64,000 nucleotides of DNA from Lama guanicoe (Eukaryota). The notes below the pieces were generated by a model that was given only the letters and a program-made list of their open reading frames with translations, was not told where the DNA came from and made no database searches. The translations under genes and the position numbers were made by a program. Positions 49,801 to 62,107 of this stretch are shown piece by piece. Where the stretch lies: NCBI GenBank assembly GCA_013239625.1, contig MU053933.1:2751026-2815025 (forward strand), read 5' to 3'. Within the stretch, counting starts at the first letter, position 1. The number at the start of each line of letters is the position of its first letter.

Positions 49801-50604
49801 CCTCCCCAGGATGCACCCATGGAGCAGGCGGGCCGCAGACTTCAGTAGATCCACTGTAGTTTTGGAAAACCTTGTGTTGATTTAAAATGAAATCAAAAAC
49901 TTTTGGGCAGAGCCTCTGTTTCCTGCTGTGGGCAGATGTCTGTTGAGCATCCTGGGCCAGTGGGTCCCTGCTGGACGGGTGTCCAGAGACCCCAACCCTG
50001 TGTTTCACCAGGACGAGCTGGGACAAGCGCAGCACTTCTCTGTCACTTGTCATTTCTCCCTGTGGAAGGGGCTGTGAGATCCTCAGCAGTGGAGAGAGAT
50101 GACAAATAGCATAGGGAACAGAGAAGAAGGAGGCCGGGTGGAGCTCAGGCCGGCTCCGCCCGGTTTCTCTAAGCTCCGCGCACCCCACAAATGCACCAAG
50201 TGTCCCAGACCACCTTGAGCCCAAGTGGGCCCTCTCCCCAGGCCCGCTTACCCCAGGCCCTTAACGCCTGGAGGCCCCCTGCCTTTTGTCTCCATGCCAC
50301 CCACTCTGAGCCCCACTGAGGAGCCCGCAGGGCCTCAGCAGCCCCAGCCCCACACAGCCCCCACTTCCCGGGGCCTTTGTGGAGGAGGGCGGGGCAGGAG
50401 GATGCACTGCTCGTGTTGCTCGCTGACGTCTGGGGTTTTATTTTCCTTTGTGCACGTCTACGGTGTGTATTTTTCTAGCGTGATCACATATTACTTGTAC
50501 ATGTATGTGAATACATAAACTAAGAAAAAGATGTGAAAGCCATAGGACGTGTGGAGACACAGATCGGTGGGATAAAAAGAGCACAAAATACATATTTTCA
50601 CAGC

Positions 50605-51122
50605 TATGAGTTCGGCCACTGAAAAAGAAAAGGACAAATCTGGCTCCACGTTGCCTCCGTCCCTTTGGCTCTAACCCTGCGCCCTGTTTCCCAGGCTCGG
50701 TCCTGCCGGCTCTGCACCTTTTGTAAAAGAATGTTGCCAACAGCCTGAAATACACAGGAGAGCCGGTTCTCAAGGCTCTGCCCTTAAGGATAGTAACACG
50801 TTTGCACTCACATGAAGACAACAAGCTGCAGAATGGAAAATAACGTTCGTTTTGTTGGAGGTTTATGGGGACACCATGATCTGACCCACCTGGACGGCTG
50901 CAAGAACAAAGGATCCTCACACCAAGAAGCTTGCACCAACCAACCACACCCCTCCCCCTTTTAGTATAAGAGGAGCCTGAATTCTGACCTGGGGAGGATG
51001 GTTCTCTGAGACATTAGTCTGCCATCTTTTCAGCCTGCCGGCTTTCCTAATAAAGTCATCATTCCTTGCCCCAGCACCTCATCTCCCGATTTACTGGCCT
51101 GTCGTGTTTGGACTCAGTAACA
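50605..51122 (+). mobile_element. ERV1-class solo LTR
   Basis: TATAA 50965-50969, AATAAA 51049-51054, terminus GGACTCAGTAACA; U3-R-U5 layout. Family not identified and TSD not evident. Confidence 0.72.
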
Positions 51123-51574
51123 CCATCACAGATGTTTCACAGTGAGAAGTCCTGTTTTTGTATTTGGTGTTGCAGCACTTTTAATCACACAGGATGCCCC
51201 CAGAAGCTGGGCCTCCCCGCAAAGCCCACAAAGGTGGGTTCACCCCTGCCTGGGGAGCTTCCAACCTGAGGGGGAGGGAGGTGGTAAACGCCAGGCCGCA
51301 GGGTGGGCAGGGCCCCAGCACTGCCAGCCCTGTTCCAGCCTCTCCTTCCCCGACCTGTGGTCAGACGGGCCTGGAGGGCAGGTGACACGGAAGAGATCAG
51401 AGAACGTGCCCTTCAGCTTCCTACCCTAGAAGCAGGGCTGCAGCCCCTGGACAGGTGGACAGGTGGGCCGTGAGCCACAAGAAGGGACGCCATCAGGACC
51501 CAGGACGTACCTACCACGCATGTGAACACACCACACACACAGGTGCACGTGGACACTGAAACCAGGCCGGACCC

Positions 51575-52155
51575 TGTAGGGCCCTCCCAGGTACAGAAGC
51601 CCCTCTGTGTCCCTTTTCTTGTCGGTAGAAGAAGCTTTAGTCCCTTAGGCCTTCCTTGAGTTCCAAAGGGCAGACACCAGAAGTTAACAATTAGGGAAGA
51701 GAGGGAACGCAGAGCAGAAGAAAAGCAGCAGATCAAGAAACGCAATGATAGCTTGAACAACAGTCGGCGATTAAACAGTCCAGCTCCTCCTCTCGGACAC
51801 GACAACAATCCAGTGCACGGCTGCGAACGCCTCTGCAGGAACGAAGACCCCGCCCAGTGCGGGATGGTGACTACGTGCTGATAACTGGCATGCACACCCA
51901 GACTGGTTGGAACCCGGAGGCTGATGATGAAGGTTCCAAAACGTCCCTCTGCTACGTCACCAACAGCCAGTCAGAAGATAGTCCACGCGCTGCAACCCTC
52001 ACCCCAAACGTTGCCTTCCCTGGGAGCCGTCGGGGTCGGGGCTTTTGGGCACGAGCTGCCCGCCCTGCGGAGGTCAGCACTGTGCTGTCCTTCACCACAA
52101 CCCAGTGTCAGTGGGCTGGCTTTGCTGCGAGCAGACCCCAGTTGGCTCGGTGACA
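51575..52155 (+). mobile_element. ERV1-class solo LTR (different family)
   Basis: TGTAGG start, GACCCCAGTTGGCTCGGTGACA end, LTR-like length. TATA and poly(A) signals not recognisable. Confidence 0.6.
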
Positions 52156-53850
52156 CCACCAACAGACACGCTGCACACTCCGCACATCATCCCAAAACAG
52201 CACATGCACAGACGCACGCACCTCCACCCCTCTGTACCCACACGTGGACATACACACACACCACGTGGACCTCACCCCACCCTGCCACGAAGCAGAAGTT
52301 TTGCATTTCTATTTGATGCTGTTCCTTTGTTTTTAAAAGAGGTGATCACAGTCCTCTGTTGCTTTCTCTCCTCCCCGTGGACCACGAGCTCCCTTTTCAC
52401 CCAACCTTAAGAAGAACTCCAGGTTCCAAGGCAGGTAACGATGGTGGTGTGGGCAGGTGGACAGGCGCAGCAAGACGGGGCAGGCGTGGCCTGGGGGTGC
52501 AGAGCAGTATCCATCCGGCCTTTGAAGACTAAAGCAGACAGGGTGGGGGAGGGCGACACGATCGGATTGGAATCCCAGCATCCCCTCTGCTGAGGCTGAG
52601 GCGAGGCCAGGAGAGCCAGCCGGGGCAGGGGGAGGCGCTGAGGGCCACTGTCAGGACGGTCCAGGAGCAGCACGCTGGCTGAGGCCCAGGGAAGCGGTGG
52701 TGGAGAATGGGTGGATATGCGAGGTGTGTGGAGGGTGTCTTCTGGCTTGGGCGTGAGGTCAGGGGAGCCTCAGGGAGGGCCCAGCAGGACGTCTCAGGAG
52801 TGGGCAGGAGAGGCGTGGAGAGGCCTAGAGTCTGGGTAGGCAGGAGTCTACACTGCAGATGCTGCATGGCAGGGGGTCCAGGCGGGAGATGGACTCAGAT
52901 CAGGAAGGGGCGATGGGGAAGGAGGGGGGCAAATCCTGAGGGTTTAGTTGAGTTACTAGCCAAGGGCCGTTTCCGGTCAGCCCTAGGGGACCAGGCCCAG
53001 GGAAATGTGAGTTTACTTTGAGGGGTTGGATGTGAGGGGCTCTGGTTGCCTGCAGAGGCCTGTTGGGTGGTCTGAGGACTGACCGTTGGGCAGCTGCCTG
53101 GAGGGAGGAGCTGGAGGCCTAAGGTCAGGCAGGGGTGGGGGGTCTCCCAGCACTGGCCTGAGGAAATGGAAAAGGCCAGACGTAGCTCTGAGCTGCAGGG
53201 AGCGGGCAAGGCCCTGGTGGGCAGCGGGGCCTCCAGCAGGGAGCGGGGCCTCCTGGGCCAGGTTTTGGGGACAGGAGAGCGCCAGGGCGGCCACCGGGAC
53301 CTTCGTGGGGAGCAGGCCCATCTGCCAGAAGCATTTCAGGCGGCGGTGCTCCGTGGGGAGCCGGGCATGGGGAGCTCGACTGTCCAGGCCCCAGCCCCGG
53401 GAGGAGGCAAGGCCGGGTGAGCTGCCGCGGCGCCCACGAGGAGGGGCAGGAGGACCCCAGCTTCCTCCTCCTCCATCCGCTGTCCCTTGTCCAGCAACGT
53501 CTTTGTTCAAATCGCCCGCCTTCCCGCTGACCCCACGGAACTCGGCCTGAGGGCAAATCCCTTTGTTGGGGTCACCTTCCCGAATAAAGGCCAGGCTGGA
53601 CACACTGCGTGTGCCCGGACCTTGCCACGGGTTTGCAGCCCTGAACCCCATGTGCCGCCTCAGGCAGGCAGCGGGCAGCTCCTACCGGGGCGGGGGCAGG
53701 TCATGCTGCCTGGGGGCTGGGGGTGGGGGGAGAAAGAGCGGCTGCAGCACAGGGGTGCCAGGACCCGGGGAACAGCCGGTGACCAGATCCCGGGTCCGCA
53801 CCCCGCTCCGCTCCGCGTGTATTCGGCGCCGCAGGCCCCAGCACCGCGCA

Positions 53851-53980
53851 CCCCGCCCGACCCGGGCCGCGGGTCTCGCGCCCCACCCTGCCCTCTGCCC
53901 GCCCCCTTCCCGCCCACTGCCCTGGCCCGTCCCTGCTCCCCGCGGCCTACCCGCCCCGCCCCCTGACCAGCCCCGCCCCC
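53851..53980. promoter_or_regulatory. TATA-less proximal promoter with six GC boxes (Sp/KLF)
   Basis: CCCGCCC at 53852, 53898 and 53909, a tandem pair at 53950-53963, and 53971-53980. These lie 100-230 nt upstream of the ATG, with no TATA box. Confidence 0.8.
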
Positions 53981-54079
53981 GGCCTGGTCCCGGCGGCGGC
54001 CAGAGCGCGGCTGGCCGAGCGGGTGCGCCGTGGCGGAGGGCGCAGCATCCCGCGGTACAGACGCTCCGGCCCGCCGAGC

Positions 54080-54090
54080 ATGGCGCCGAG
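54080..54090 (+). CDS. COL18A1: COL18A1 short isoform, coding part of exon 1 (M-A-P plus the first 2 nt of R)
   Basis: GAGC-ATG-GCG-CCG-AG|GTGCGG: strong Kozak context (A at -3, G at +4) and a GT donor at 54091. Eleven coding nt match the human exon 1 structure (the known human acceptor variant is named c.12-2A>T). Lies inside a CpG island. Confidence 0.93.
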
Positions 54091-54189
54091 GTGCGGGCCG
54101 TGCGGGCTGCGGGCGGGCAGGGGCAACCGGGTCGCACCGGCGGGGACGGGGGCGCGCGCGGCTCCCTAACCTGTGGCTTGTGCCCGCAG
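54091..54189 (+). other. COL18A1: COL18A1 intron 1 (99 nt, GT-AG, branch point CCCTAAC at 54164-54170)
   Basis: GT at 54091, AG at 54188-54189, consensus branch sequence about 20 nt upstream of the AG, multiple GGG triplets, weak pyrimidine tract. Confidence 0.92.
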
Positions 54190-54284
54190 GTGGCCCTGGC
54201 TGCAGCCGCGGCGGCAGCGCCTCCTGGACTTGCTCGGCCTCCTGGTCCTGCTTCTCGGAGTCAGCGCAGCGTCCGCCGAGCCAG
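54190..54284 (+). CDS. COL18A1: COL18A1 short isoform exon 2 (signal peptide)
   Basis: Acceptor CCCGCAG|G (AG at 54188-54189) and donor CCAG|GTAAAG at 54285; 95 nt. Spliced translation [35 protein letters not shown] aligns without gaps to human [35 protein letters not shown] (recalled). Basic n-region, Leu-rich h-region, A-S-A cleavage motif. Confidence 0.95.
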
Positions 54285-57200
54285 GTAAAGCCGACGGGGA
54301 CGCGAGAGTGTGTGCACCAGGCCCGTCCGCCTCCCGCCGCACTTTGCGCAGGTCTTTGGCCGGTCTCGGGAGGCGGCGGCCTCAGCCCAGCCTGTCTCAG
54401 CTTCGCTCCCGGGAGGCGGCCCCGGCTCTGCCCACGCGCGCAGGTGGCCCGCGGGCGGCGGTCGGAAGGGCGACGGGGTCGGGCAGAGGCCGTGTGTCCC
54501 GAGTGTCCCGCGCCGGCCATTCATTCCTCCGCCGCGGCGATTCGCGCCACCTGGGCGCGCCGCGGGACCCGGGGAGCGGGCTGGGCTGGAGATGGTGCGA
54601 CCCGTCCGCGTCCAGAGTCCCTCGTGTCGTGACCAAACTTCGGCGACTTCGCGGGGAAGCCGGTGCTCTCTGCAGACAGCGCTGCCGGCCGAGGACCAGC
54701 GAGGTCTCCAGGCTAAGGTCGTGGTGGCGGCTACTACCCGCGCAGTGGCTCGGAGACGCCCGGACATCCAACGCCGGCCCGCCGGGCCTGTGAGTCCGTC
54801 ACCGGCCTCGTCCCTCCCAGGGCCTGAGCGGCCGCAGTGGGTCACACCTCTGGGCCCGGCGTGCCCGCGCGCGGAGTCCGGCAGGTCTCCGGGAAGGACA
54901 GGGCAGTGCGGAAAGCAGCCGTGTAGTTTCCAACCTGTTGAGGCAAAACTGCCCAGGTTTCCCCGGGACAGCCTTTGTGCGCCGCCCCGGCCGCCAGGCC
55001 TCTGTCCCCGCGCCCGCCGCGGTGTCGGATTGCGCACGGTCCCCTTTGATGCGGCCGAGCGCAGCGGCGGAGAGAAGGAACAATGCGCAGAAGTCCGTTG
55101 TTTGCCCGGCGCCGGCTCGCTGCCTTTCCCGCGTGGACCGCAGCCTGCGGCAGGAAGGCCGTCCTGGCCGCGCTGAAACTTCCTTTGCCACCAGCTTCTG
55201 GGACGCCGTCCCTAACCACGCGGCCGCCCAGGTCCTCCTCCCAACAGGCCCAACAAAGGTCCGGGAGGAGCTGGCGGGGGTGCCAGACCCGAGAGGAGCT
55301 CCGGTCCCCAAGGAGTCCTCCGTTCTAGCGCAGGTGGAGGTCGCGTGCCGGGCTGTGACGTTGGTCCCAGGCAGCCCACTCCTTGTGGCCAGGTTGAATG
55401 TTGATGTGGTCACACAGCAGCCACACACCTGTTGGCCACAGCTGGCAAGGAAGGAGGGCAGGGCTGGAGGGAAGTCGTTCTGGGGAGACAGCAGTAATAG
55501 TTTGTTTCATTTTTTCCAGTCGGCTTAGTCGCTAGATTAAGCAGCAGCACGTTTTTTAAAGTTTCTCTTAAGTACATCCGCCGAAGCGCCTGTGTGGGGG
55601 GCAGGCGACCCTCGTTTATTTGTGTTAGCTCCAGGGAGCATTTGCCGAGCGTTTGTGCTTACAGGGTGGTCCCTGGGGTTCTTGGGGGGTCTTATGGCCG
55701 CCGAGGGCCACTTCGGGCTGTTAATTGTGCCTTCAGGGACATCCCCTCAAAGTCCTAGGGGAACAAGATACCCACGTGCCCAGATGGGGGCTCCAGGGCA
55801 GGAATTTGTATCCCGAGGCCTCTTTTGTAATTACGTGTCACGGGGAAGAGGAAAGACGGGGAGCGCCCACAGCCCGGCTTCTGAAGCTTTGAGGCCGCGG
55901 AGCGGGAGTCCGGGGTGATGATTTACTCGGCCTCAGAGAAGCAGCAGCAGGCTGCCGTCAGCGAGCTCTGGGAGGGGAAATCTAGCGGGGTGCGCAGGCC
56001 AGCGCAGACCCCCCCGGAGTGCTGGGCAGGGCGCAGCGGTTGTAGAAGTCGGGCTTCTCTCCACGTGGCTGAAGCGAGGGATTTGCTGCAGTGTCAGGTC
56101 CTCTGGGAAGGAAGGCAGGCCCCTCGCAAGGTGCCTAATGGAATGTGACTCTGTCTGTTCCCTGGAGGTTAAAGCAGGAAGCGGGCTCAGCGGGGCTGCC
56201 CACCCCTCCCCCCGCGCCCGGAGAACCCAGCTGGGACCCCCTGCTGGGAGCCAGTCCCCTTCGGATGGGATAACCGCTGCCCCCTCTGGGTGTTACTGGA
56301 GAAGAGCTCATGTACGTGAAATCCGGACTTAGCAGGGGCCCAGTGTGCTCCAGAGACCCTTGAAGATCACCCCTGGGAATCAAAGGCGTGACGCCCAGTT
56401 TGCTGATTGGCGCTTTTTTTCTGACTCCAAACGATGGGTTTTTCCACGTCTGTCTCTGTGCTGCACTTGACCCACCCCCCAGAGAAAAAAGTCTTTCCTG
56501 TTTTAAGGCTTGGCCACTGTCATTCTGATACCCTTGAATGTCATTGTGTGCATTTGGGGCTGGGGGCTCCCCTAGGGGTCTGGCCTCCGCTGGCATAACC
56601 AGAAACCTGGTGGGACCAAACCTGGGGGGCCCGGGGCCGAGTGGTCTGTGAACCTGGAGGCTCAGAGCTGCCTGCAGTCCCCTTTCCCAGTGGAAGGGCA
56701 GGACTCACAGGTGCTCAAGGGGCCATCTGCCCGTGGACAGTACTTGAGGGCTGAGGTAGAAGAGCGCTGCCCTGCAGGCACTCGCAGGAAGCGTGTGGTC
56801 ATGCCAGGCGCCTTGTGTCCCGTCGCCTTGTCTCTGGCCCCTCCTACACGTGACCTCAGTCTTAGGCTCCATCTGCACCCCCTATGGCACTTGTCCTGCC
56901 CTTCCTCACACCGAGGCCTTCCCACCGTCCATCGGGTGGGGACAGGTCTTGGCCGACTGCTGGTGTCCTCACTGCCCCACTCCCTCGGTGGGCCTGCAGG
57001 GTTTGGGCTAGAGGACTCCGTGGGCCCCCGTGTCGGAGGGGGTCTGTCGTCCCGGGCTCAGACACTGGGTAACGGACCTAAGCCGACGGTAGGAGCTCTC
57101 GTTCAAGGCAGGCCTGTTTCTAGGGGAAGCTGTTGCTGAGAGTCTTCAGGGTTCAGGCGCAGGACCTCGAAGATAGTTTTAAATTTCAGCAAAACTTGTT

Positions 57201-60200
57201 TTTCAAGGCACTCCTGTTTTCCTTTAAAAGAAGGAGGAGGGGGAAGCCCTTGCAAGGAAACCTAGAAGGAGAGAAACTGTTTCCATCCAGAGTGAGGGGA
57301 GCTGGGAGCCTGCCCCACCTACCCCGCTTCACCTGAATAATACATGTGCACACACGTGCACAGTACACGCGCACTCTCTCATGTGCACGCACGTGCACAC
57401 ACATACACACGCTCACACTCTCTCCACCAGAGGCTCTTTCTTCATCTGAGTTACTGAAATGCTCCCGGGCTCCGGAGAACCTACCTGCCAGCTCATGGTG
57501 GGATGGGGCAAAACCCAGTCTTCTGATACGATGTCCAAGAACCTCCCCTGCCTTGGTGGCCTGAGCACTGCTGGGAAGGGTCCGTCAGCTCAGGGGGTGG
57601 CCTCCTCCAGGCCCGGAGGCTGACTTCCCGCCAGCACTCAGGAGTCAGATGAGGCGGGCCAGGGGCAGCTGGTCTGGCTGCGGCTGTGTGATGAGCAGCC
57701 CCAGGCCCGGCTCCGTCGGCCAAGGCCGGCCATCAGCGCAGAGCGGGCGCCCCTCTGCAGCCCTGGTCAAGGCGTGGCCACCCTGGTGCCCGCGGGGACG
57801 GACTGCAGGCGCCGTGCTCCTTGGAGGCTCTGGGTCAGCTGTCATCTGAGAGGGAACGCCTCTCCCCAGAACACAGCTGGCCAAGCACCAAATGTTTGAA
57901 GTCTGGGTGTAAGGTGGACTCTGCAGGATGTGACACGTGGAAACTTGACGCTGCTGGGGAGGTGGAGGGGTAAGGTGTTGGGAAAATGGAAGTGTAGGTT
58001 GGCACGCTCATAAGGTGATTGAACGTGGTGCATGTGGACAGCAGTGACCCAGGAAGACGGTGAGAACTGCTGGGGGGCGGCGCTCCACCCGCCTGCCCGG
58101 TCACACACTCCGCTTTACCCCACGCCCCGACCCTGATGGTTTAGGGTCTAGGATTGGCCCTGTGCCGGATCCCAGCTCCTTCCAAGAATGACTGGGCCTC
58201 CGAGCCCCTCTGTGATCTCCTGCCAGTCTCGGGGGAACCCGCGTTCAGAGTGGTGGGCACAGGCCGGGCCCCTCGCCTCGCTGCCGCGGTTCCCCCTCTA
58301 ACCTGGGACAGGAACAGCTCCCCTCCTCCTTCTGGGTGCCCTGAGCAGCAGCGGGTCACGTTGTAAAGCTCCTCACGCCCCCAGGTGTGACGTGCCTTGT
58401 GTGTGGTACCAAATGTCTCCGCACACGCCCGTGACCCCGCACCACCCACTGCCTGGCTTGCGGAGAGCGGGCGCCCTGCCCGCAGCGAGCTTCCTCTGCC
58501 CCGCTCCCCAGCACTGCCCGTGTGGGCGGGTGTGGAGACGTGATGCTGGCTGGCCCTTGGGGTGATGCTTTAGATCAGCGGGTCTGGGCCGTGCAGAGGG
58601 GCTGTGAGAAGCAACTTTAGATCACGGGTGCGCTGAGTCAGATGAAATTTGGAGGCCCGGGGCAGTGTCTGTGCCCCGCCCGCCTGCCTGCAGGAGCCAT
58701 CCTGCCACCCCGGCACCTCCGCAGAGGAGACAAGCCCCAGCACGGCCTTCCTGGCTGTCTGTAGCGAGAGCCCCAGAGAGGAGAACTTGTTCCAAGCCAG
58801 TACATCTTTCTGGAATTCTGTCCTGGCAGACGGGATCACTCCCGGGCTGATCCACTGTGACGAGGCCGGGCAGGACAGGGCAGAGGCACCTGGCTCTGAG
58901 CTGGGGTGACGGGCAGGGCTTTCGGCCACCCCTGGTTTCTGGAAGACCATGAGGCTGTGCGCTGGGTCCAGCTGGCCCGAGCACTGGTTGGGTGTCAGGG
59001 CTGGCCTTCACTGAATGTTTCCTCGAAAAGGACATGAGACCGGAGCTGAAGGCTGGGGGTCGAGGCTGTGAGACGACGGGTCGGGAGCTGTGTGTGAGAG
59101 CTCCGTGACGGCCACAGGGGCAGGGCCGGGTTCAGACCGCGGAGACCACGGCTATTGACCGACTGGTTTTGGTGGTTTCCCTGGAGTTCAGGCTGAACGT
59201 CTACAGATACCACGAGTTATTAACTAATTTTTTTCGGTTCAGTCATTCATTTGATTTCGGTCGGAAGTACTTACTTTTACTTTTTGCATGTTCCTTTGAG
59301 TAGATTCAAAATCAGGCAGGCTAGGCCTCCTTGATCTGAATCCAAGCTCAGAAATCTTGGAGATAGTACCAGGCTCTGACACGTGTTGTCAGTGAACGTG
59401 AGAGGCACCGTTCTGCGTGGGGGCGACTTGAGCCCCCCGTGTGAGAGCAGCGCCTGGAGGGTGCGTCTCGGCGGTCTGACCGTCTTGTTGCACACTGCAG
59501 AGCGAGCGACTCTTGTCCCCGGGAGAGCGCTGAGCCGGCCGCCCGGAGCTGGGCGCGTCTCTGCAGGGGCTGGGACGGAGGCCTGTGGCCTCCAGCACCG
59601 AGGGAGACCCTTCCTCCACGTCGCCATCCAGGCAAGCGGGAATTCACCCTGGAAGGAACCCCGTGATTCCGGGGGTGCTGCTGCTCTGACAGCACAAGGC
59701 AGGAGGGTTTGGCCGCCGGCCTGTGCTGCTGGGGGACGGGCCCTGGCGGGAGGGGCGATGTTCCAGGGCCCTCGCACTGTCACCTTCCAGAGCCGGCTCG
59801 CTGGTTCAGCAGAGGACTTCCTCTCTGGAGTTCGTTCCCTTCTGAGTGAGGGCCCTCGAGCGCTGCTGGGCCTCTGTGTCTCTCCTTGCTCTGCCTGCCT
59901 GCTCTGTCCTGCGTGGCGTCCCTGTCGGCGCGTCTGCTCACGGTGTCACAGCCCGGGGGGCACGTTTGGCTTGGTTTCCTGGTTTGTGGTCAGGCTTAAC
60001 TGCGGGCGTGGAACGTCTTAGAGCGCGGAGTTGTTTTCGCCTTGATTTTATGGCCTTTTCCTTTCGAGGTGGGACACGCGTGACCATCACGGCTCGGACC
60101 GCGGGGGAGGAGGGTGTGAGGGCTGCGCGAGGAGAGCTGTGCGGGGCTGGGGGCCACGTGCTGCCCGCAGCTGTCACCGTCCTCAGCCTGTCTCAGTGGG

Positions 60201-60344
60201 CGTGGAGTTGGAGCTGGCCCCTTGTAGAAGACGACTGTGCGGTCGCTAAGTCGTGCAGTATTACGGCTGGCAGGCAGTCTGGCCGCCGCTCGGTGGTTGT
60301 GGAGGGGACACCATCTGCAGGGAGGGTTTGCAGCCCAGGCTCCT

Positions 60345-60420
60345 GGCCTCAGCTCCAGCTCTGCTTCTGAGCGCTGTGTGACCTTGGGCAGGTTGCTCAC
60401 CCTCTGTGCCTCTGTCTCTG
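60345..60420 (+). mobile_element. MIR fragment
   Basis: GCTGTGTGACCTTGGGCAGGTTGCTCACCCTCTGTGCCTC. Confidence 0.72.
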
Positions 60421-62107
60421 GTCTGTGGGGCTGAATGGGACATTCCTTCAGGGAGCTTCCTGGGGTGTGTCCTGCCAGCCCCTCACTGGGCTCTGGGGAG
60501 CACCCTGTCGGGGACGGCCCAGCGCAGCCGTCAGGCCCGGGCCTGGGAGGAGGACCTGGTGTATGCCGGGAGTGGGAAATAGGTCCGCGTGACCGGAACA
60601 GGGTTTTGGGAGTCTTACTTGGCCACGGGCTGTGCCTGCTGAAACGATCATTTGCATTAGACAAAGCAGCCCACTCACTCCCGCGGCCCTCAGGTCCTCC
60701 AAGTGTTCCCGGCCCCAGTGCCGGCGTGGTCACGCCCACCCACGCATCCCACGGGGGGATCGGGGCGTGGGGGTGGTGGCGCAGACCTGCCTCTGCCTGT
60801 TGGATCTTGTTACCAGGCTGCTGTGTTTTGAAAGCGTCTCCCACTGAGACTCCACGGGGCTGTGAGGAGGCCGAGGACGTCTGGCCTCTTGTTTTCTGCA
60901 GGCCAGGCCGGCTCCTGGATCGACGCCCCGTCTGTGCTGAGTCTGGGCCCAGCATGTGGTGCCGTCCCGGGGCGCCTGCTCAGAGGACAACAGACTGAAC
61001 GCTTTCGTCTCTGCCCTGAGTCACCCGGCCTTCCAACCAGAACGAAGGGGAACTGCTGTTAAACCCGTCCACACTCACTTCGGGGTCTCCCCACCTGACC
61101 CTGGGTCCCGAGGCCCCTCCAGCCGTTCTAATCACTGCCTCCATCCTAGGGCCGCCAGGTGCCGCTCTCCAGGGCCGGACTCAGACCCTCTTTCCCCCCA
61201 CATGCGGCTGGAGGGTTTTGAAAGGCAGGTCCCATAAGAGAGGGCTGGACGACCCGGGTCCAGGTGGGCAGGGGCCCTGTGGAGCAGCTCTTTGTGGGGC
61301 CTGGAGAGGCTTCTTCTCCTGTGAAAAATTGTCTTAACGGAACAGCCTCCCGCCCCCCGGGGCAGGTCTGCACCTGGCACTGAGTGGCAGTGCTCCTCAG
61401 CCTCTTGGCCCCCGGGGAGGAGGTGGCCCTTTCTGAGCCCAGGTGCCCCTCCAGGGCCTGCCCCCTGGCCCTGCTTAGACCTCTGGCCGTCACTTTGCTC
61501 CCTTCTCCGAGGCCCGGGGCTGGCCCACGTTGCGCCGTGGGGTCTTGGTGCACCGCCTTTGGCGGTGACCTCTGATTGTCTTGGGTCCTCGCATCTCAGC
61601 CTTGTCCCCTCGTGGCCCTCGGGGGAGCCCATCTTGGTCCAGGTCACCAGTGTCCTTGGGACAGCTAGGACCTTCCTGTTCTCTGGCTAAAATGAGCGTC
61701 CAGCCCCAGGGGCCCGGGTCTGGCCGGAGCAGACTCAGAACTGGTGATGCACTGGTTACCCCTCGGAACCTTGTTTTGTGGAAATAATTAAATGTCACGG
61801 AGGTTTGCAAACAAGGAAATAAAAGCACCCGTGCCGCCACAACCTTTACTGTCACTGTGGGAAACCTGACATTTTAAACAGATCGGGGTTGCCCTCCCTG
61901 CAGACTCCGACCTCTGCCTGGTCCCATGTGGACGGCCCCTCTGCTGCAGAAGCCCGAGGGCCCCCTGGAGTCGGCTTCCCGGACGGGAAGCAGCCCTGCC
62001 TGCCAGTGAGAGAGAAGGCAGATGGTGAGCTGGCCTTCCTAGCACCTAACTGCCCACATTTAAGAACCCAGACAAAAATCCCCATCTAAACTTTCCTTCC
62101 CGTGGCA

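Larger units (their letters stand above)
53650..55350. promoter_or_regulatory. CpG island over COL18A1 promoter 1 and exons 1-2
   Basis: Very high GC and dense CpG (e.g. GGCGCGCGCGG, CGGCGGCGG) centred on exons 1-2. Edges estimated by eye. Confidence 0.88.

Noticed and set aside
1-53600. POFUT2 or other neighbouring coding exons expected from human synteny
   Set aside because: No translated segment resembles POFUT2 or any protein I recognise. Exons below the ORF track's length cut-off and lncRNA exons cannot be excluded.
54173-54793. 206-aa ORF containing a signal peptide
   Set aside because: Only 54190-54284 is real exon. The remainder is read-through into GC-rich intron 2 past a good GTAAAG donor.
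56370-56412. MHC class II-like X-X2-Y promoter module
   Set aside because: The X box match is poor and the X2-to-Y spacing is shorter than the canonical module. Kept only as a CCAAT plus half-CRE observation.
59996-60955. Long ORFs such as 319 aa here, 313 aa at 49283-50224, 279 aa at 30636-31475 and 271 aa at 5842-6657
   Set aside because: Pro/Gly/Arg/Ala-rich composition, overlapping ORFs in several frames, many non-ATG starts, no recognisable domain, and some cross MIR fossils. This is expected in GC-rich DNA.
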